DNA of 64,000 nucleotides from Dimorphilus gyrociliatus (taxonomy: Eukaryota > Animalia > Annelida): the NCBI GenBank assembly GCA_904063045.1, contig CAJFCJ010000011.1:124001-188000 (forward strand), in the 5' to 3' direction. The position numbers were made by a program, and so were the translations under genes. Positions 62,546 through 64,000 of the stretch are shown here, one piece after another. Below the pieces are notes generated by a model. It searched no databases. It saw only the letters and a program-made list of their open reading frames with translations, and was not told where the DNA came from. Positions within the stretch are counted from its first letter, which is position 1. Each line of letters opens with the position of its first letter.

Positions 62546-64000
62546 TTACAATTTTCTCTGCCTTAATTGGCTATTGTCGTTCGAATTCGTTAATCTACGC
62601 TCATCTTCATTTTCACTAACACCCTCTGGACTATTCTTCTTCTTAGACCTTTCATATAAAAATATTATGGAGCATAACAAAAACACTTCGGCGCATATTC
62701 CTAGGAAGGGCCACAGAGCTGCCAATCTATCTTTAACTCTTACTGTTATGGTTGCGTTGTGAAGGCCGTGAGTGTTTGACGCTACGCATAGATACCCTCC
62801 TTTGTCATCAAAATCTACGTTCTTTATAGTAAGGGTTGCGTTTTCTGAAACATTATAGGATGATAGCATGATCCTATCGTCCGATTTGTCAATTTTAATG
62901 CCCTTAGGGGTAACCCAGTAAATTTCACTAGGGGGAGGATAGCCGTAAATTTCGCACTGCAGAGTTAAAACATCACCTTGTACAAGATTTATAGACCGGT
63001 CATTTTCGAATTGAACATACGGATGCGCTGAAAAGGCCAAAGATATTAATGAATTGAATTCGTAGTGTTTGAAAAACAACGGAGGAAGATAATAAAAAAA
63101 ATGCTTACATTCGATTTTGATCGTATCTTGGAAAATGCCTGAATCAATCTTGATTAGGCAACTAAAATTTCCGGAATCTCTTCGAATGTTTGGTTTTTTT
63201 ATTGTTAAAGATGAGATATTATTGTAAATCTTGATATCATAGAAATGCTTCCTATCATATTCGTCTATTTCTTCTCCATTTCTACGCCATTCTAAATCGC
63301 TGGCCTTAGCCGCCGAAACATCTCCAATAGAGCAATTAAAAACGAGGCTTTTTTCTTTCTCCATCAATGGAATTTGATAGTTACTTTGTATATCCACTGT
63401 TTCGGAAAAAATCAATGAGAATTTCATTTAAAAGAAAAGCTCATGAAAAGAGGTTTTATTCTTTTTAAAAAAAAAAAGAAGGGGGGGGGGAATTCGATTC
63501 TGTAGAATAGTAATGATAGGACAACATCGAGAAAGACATTTGAGGAATTTCCTTTTTTTTCATCCTTCTTTTCTCAATAGATCGTTTTTCCTATGCCATT
63601 TTAGTTCTTTTCTTCCTTTCTACTCCTTATATTTTATTCCTTCCGCCCTTCGTCGCAATCGTCGCAACCGGATGTAGATTTTCCCCTCCCACGTTGAAAA
63701 ATAACGGAAAAAAAGCACAACGGAAAGATATGATAACACAAGAGGAATATGATGGAATATCCAGCTGATAAGGGAAATAGCGATAAACGACAAAAAAAAG
63801 ACTTACTTGTATAAACATAGATGAGTTTCGAAATTCTAATATTCTTGAACTCCTTTGACTGGCATTCGAGGTAGTATGTTCTGTCAACGTTCACATGCGT
63901 CAGTTCTCCTATCACACTATTACTGATTTTCTTTTGAGTAACTTCAAAACCAGTTTTTGGAGTGACATGAACAACTTCATCGTCTACAAGCCATTCAAGG
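62546..64000 (-). CDS. BSG: Basigin/neuroplastin-like Ig-superfamily membrane protein (5' end outside the window)
   Basis: Exons >64000-63807, 63396-63109 and 63027-62546. Ig domains; [27 protein letters not shown] with the family's intramembrane Glu; tail ending ..LRQRKL*. Confidence 0.88.

Noticed and set aside
1-64000. Transposase, reverse transcriptase, CRISPR, rRNA, SECIS or viral insertions
   Set aside because: No ORF with such motifs, no regularly spaced repeat arrays, no terminal inverted repeats recognised, and no gene needing in-frame TGA recoding.

Overview
AT-rich eukaryotic (animal) genomic DNA, gene-dense, with many 50-80 nt GT-AG introns. This fits a compact-genome invertebrate, probably spiralian; an annelid such as Dimorphilus would match, but the species cannot be established from sequence alone. 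Genes reconstructed by hand: a mono-ADP-ribosyltransferase PARP, tRNA-Phe(GAA), SNX6/5, ACBD3, KLHL18, a CLCN3/4/5-type Cl-/H+ exchanger, ERO1, two convergent KCNE-like single-pass membrane proteins, acylphosphatase, AK7, a large coiled-coil protein, WDR18, DDX46 and the 3' part of a basigin/neuroplastin-like gene, plus several orphan genes. No transposon ORFs, CRISPR arrays or rRNA were seen. The most striking signal is hidden splicing architecture inside the few unusually long introns. ACBD3 carries a diverged second copy of its MWT/pre-GOLD segment, joined to the upstream exon through a 15-nt in-frame GT..AG relic and frame-incompatible with the canonical copy. KLHL18 shows a weaker mirror-image case. 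There are also frame-preserving microexon candidates in ACBD3, CLCN3 and SNX6, three alternative N-termini in CLCN3, and repeated co-oriented CTCF-like motifs, mostly near gene boundaries. All gene models are manual and lack transcript support.
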